Of a stretch of 32,000 bases of DNA, positions 30,030-32,000 are shown piece by piece. A program made the translations under genes and the position numbers. The notes below the pieces were generated by a model. The model searched no databases. It saw only the letters and a program-made list of their open reading frames with translations, and was not told the DNA's origin. Numbering within the stretch: position 1 is the stretch's first letter; each line of letters opens with the position of its first letter. This stretch comes from Pseudidiomarina andamanensis (GTDB taxonomy: Bacteria; Pseudomonadota; Gammaproteobacteria; Enterobacterales; Alteromonadaceae): positions 1,470,001 through 1,502,000 of the forward strand of contig NZ_CP032551.1 of assembly GCF_009734345.1 (NCBI RefSeq). Reading direction: 5' to 3'.

Positions 30030-31382
30030 ATGACCCGACATTATGATTATCTTGCCATTGGCGCCGGTAGCGGCGGCATTGCATCAGCTAACCGAGCAGC
30101 AATTCGCGGTGCTAAAGCAGCCGTTATCGAAGCCAAAGCGGTGGGCGGAACTTGTGTTAACGTTGGTTGCGTTCCGAAAAAGGTCATGTGGTATGGCGCA
30201 CATATTGCCGAAGCCATTAAATATAGCTCGGCTTACGGCTTTGATATTGAACAAAAAGGTTTTGATTGGAGCACCTTAGTCAAAAACCGCGAGGCTTACA
30301 TTGAACGCATTCACGGCGGTTACAAACGTGGTTTTGAGAGCAACGGCGTGGAATATATCGAAGGCTTTGCGCGCTTTGTAGACTCACGCACCGTTGAAGT
30401 CAACGGCGAGCGTATTACCGCCGACCATATTACCATCGCGGTTGGCGGCCGAGCCATTATTCCTGACGTGCCGGGTGCCGAATATGGTATCGATTCAGAT
30501 GGCTTCTTTGCCTTAAACGAGCGTCCTAACAAAGCGGTTGTTATTGGCGCCGGTTACATTGCTGTAGAAATTGCTGGCGTGTTGCATGCACTGGGCACTG
30601 ACGCGCATTTATTGGTGCGTGGTGACCGACCATTGCGTTACTTTGATCACGATATTACCAATGCCTTACTTGAGCGTCTCAAACAAGACGGTCCGCAGCT
30701 TCATACCGGTTGTGTTGTTGAGCGTGTCGAAAAGAATGACGATGGTTTACTTACTATTCATTGTGATAATGGTGAATCCATTGAAGGCGTCGATTGCTTA
30801 GTTTGGGCGATTGGTCGTGAACCAGCTACCGATAAAATCAACCTCGAAGCGGCCGGCGTGACCGCCGATGCCCATGGGTTTATTCGTACCGACAAGTATC
30901 AAAACACCAATGTCAAAGGTATTTATGCGGTGGGCGATATTACTGGTGAAGCACAGCTCACGCCGGTAGCTATTAAGGCAGGTCGCCTGTTAGCAGAGCG
31001 CTTGTTTAATAAAGATATGCCAGATGCACACATGGATTACAGCCAAATTCCTACCATCGTGTTTAGCCATCCAACCATTGGTACCGTTGGCTTAACCGAA
31101 GCCGAAGCTCGCGAAGTGCATGGTGATAACGTGACGGTATATCGTTCGCAGTTTGCAGCGATGTACAATGCCGTCACCCCACACCGCGCGTTGAGTACTT
31201 TCAAGCTCGTTTGCGTTGGCCCTGAAGAGCGTGTGATTGGTCTACACGGTATCGGCGAAGGCATGGATGAAATTCTACAAGGCTTTGCCGTCGCTATGAA
31301 GATGGGCGCAACCAAAGCCGATTTCGATGCCACGGTTGCACTTCATCCAACCAGCGCTGAAGAGTTTGTGACGCTACGCTAA
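30030..31382 (+). CDS. gor: Glutathione-disulfide reductase
   Basis: 450 aa with the FAD motif GAGSGG, the redox-active [13 protein letters not shown] and the C-terminal HPT..EE interface motif. Confidence 0.94.
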   Translation: MTRHYDYLAIGAGSGGIASANRAAIRGAKAAVIEAKAVGGTCVNVGCVPKKVMWYGAHIAEAIKYSSAYGFDIEQKGFDWSTLVKNREAYIERIHGGYKRGFESNGVEYIEGFARFVDSRTVEVNGERITADHITIAVGGRAIIPDVPGAEYGIDSDGFFALNERPNKAVVIGAGYIAVEIAGVLHALGTDAHLLVRGDRPLRYFDHDITNALLERLKQDGPQLHTGCVVERVEKNDDGLLTIHCDNGESIEGVDCLVWAIGREPATDKINLEAAGVTADAHGFIRTDKYQNTNVKGIYAVGDITGEAQLTPVAIKAGRLLAERLFNKDMPDAHMDYSQIPTIVFSHPTIGTVGLTEAEAREVHGDNVTVYRSQFAAMYNAVTPHRALSTFKLVCVGPEERVIGLHGIGEGMDEILQGFAVAMKMGATKADFDATVALHPTSAEEFVTLR

Positions 31383-31984
31383 CCTTTTACATCAATCGTC
31401 ATGGACAAAATACGAGACAGATGGCTGTATGGCAGCCCTGTCTCGTTATGCCACTGATTAAACGTATCTTGAATTTGCTTTGCGCCGCGACGGCTATATG
31501 GCGACGCATCGAGCAATTTGTGATTCCGCAACGCCGTTAGGTTATCTGGAGTTAGTAAATACCCATCCCACCCAAGACGTCGAAGTACGTGCTGTGCAGC
31601 CGTGCCACCTAAGCGAGCGCCATGCTTTTTAAAGAACCGCAAAAGCTCAGCTTGTTCTGCTGACGGCCATTGCGCCAAAAATTTCCCAAAACTACCGTGC
31701 TGCTCAGTAACTTCAACAATCATGCGAGCATTTACCGGAACCGTCGCAATTTTTTGTAGATTGCGCACAATACGTTCGTCACGCGCCAGCTCATCAATTC
31801 GCTCTGGTGGCACTTGTTGCCAGTACAGTGGTAAAAATCCAGCAAAAGCCGCTTCAAACCCGGCCCATTTATTTTCAATAACACGCCACGCGAAACCGGC
31901 ACGAAACACACAGCGGGTCATTTCAGCAAGCACCTGGTTATCAGAGATTTCCAAAAGTTCAGCTTTCGTTGCCAGCTTTGGCAT
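31379..31984 (-). CDS. Tag-like (Adenine_glyco family, DNA-3-methyladenine glycosylase I-related) protein, N-terminally divergent
   Basis: 201 aa. The segments [21 protein letters not shown] and [15 protein letters not shown] resemble the E. coli Tag core (QAGLSWITVLKKRENYRACF; DAGIIRHRGKIQAIIGNAR) as I recall it. The Tag N-terminal CGW..YHD.EWG region is absent. Confidence 0.6.
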   Translation of the reverse strand: MPKLATKAELLEISDNQVLAEMTRCVFRAGFAWRVIENKWAGFEAAFAGFLPLYWQQVPPERIDELARDERIVRNLQKIATVPVNARMIVEVTEQHGSFGKFLAQWPSAEQAELLRFFKKHGARLGGTAAQHVLRRLGWDGYLLTPDNLTALRNHKLLDASPYSRRGAKQIQDTFNQWHNETGLPYSHLSRILSMTIDVKG

Positions 31985-32000
31985 GCGCTGTTTAACCGCT

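Overview
The window looks like a densely packed core chromosomal region of a marine-type gammaproteobacterium. I cannot name the species; the gene order repeatedly mirrors E. coli neighbourhoods (orn-rsgA-psd, rsd-nudC-hemE, fkpA-slyX, prkB-yhfA, pabA-argD, rpe-trpS, prlC/rlmJ/gor). About 33 protein genes and one tRNA-Gly(GCC) are supported, and intergenic space is very small. I found no CRISPR array, integrase, transposase, phage genes or long repeats.

Most genes are housekeeping:
- Translation and RNA: orn, rsgA, trpS, rlmJ.
- Lipid: psd plus a GDPD esterase.
- Heme and NAD: hemE, nudC.
- Arginine succinyltransferase catabolism: argD/astC-astA-astD.
- Pentose phosphate related: rpe, prk.
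- Redox: gor, OsmC-like.
- Peptidases: prlC, DPP-IV-like S9, DUF45/M48-like.
- An MFP-RND efflux pair.

Three places are not ordinary:
1. The left edge carries an arsenate-resistance module, directly downstream of the 3' end of tRNA-Gly. It consists of an ArsC(LMW-PTP)-ArsR fusion, a GAPDH, and ArsJ. ArsJ is truncated by the window edge and missing from the ORF track.
2. A translationally coupled pair of uncharacterised envelope proteins sits between orn and tRNA-Gly, a junction that is contiguous in E. coli. One is a 440-aa two-TM protein and the other a 93-aa secreted protein. This is my best candidate for an undescribed system, but the evidence is only context plus lack of recognisable domains.
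3. The MFP-RND operon has a leader in which a 14-bp inverted repeat sequesters the Shine-Dalgarno sequence and encloses a 5-codon mini-ORF.

Everything else is reported with modest interest.
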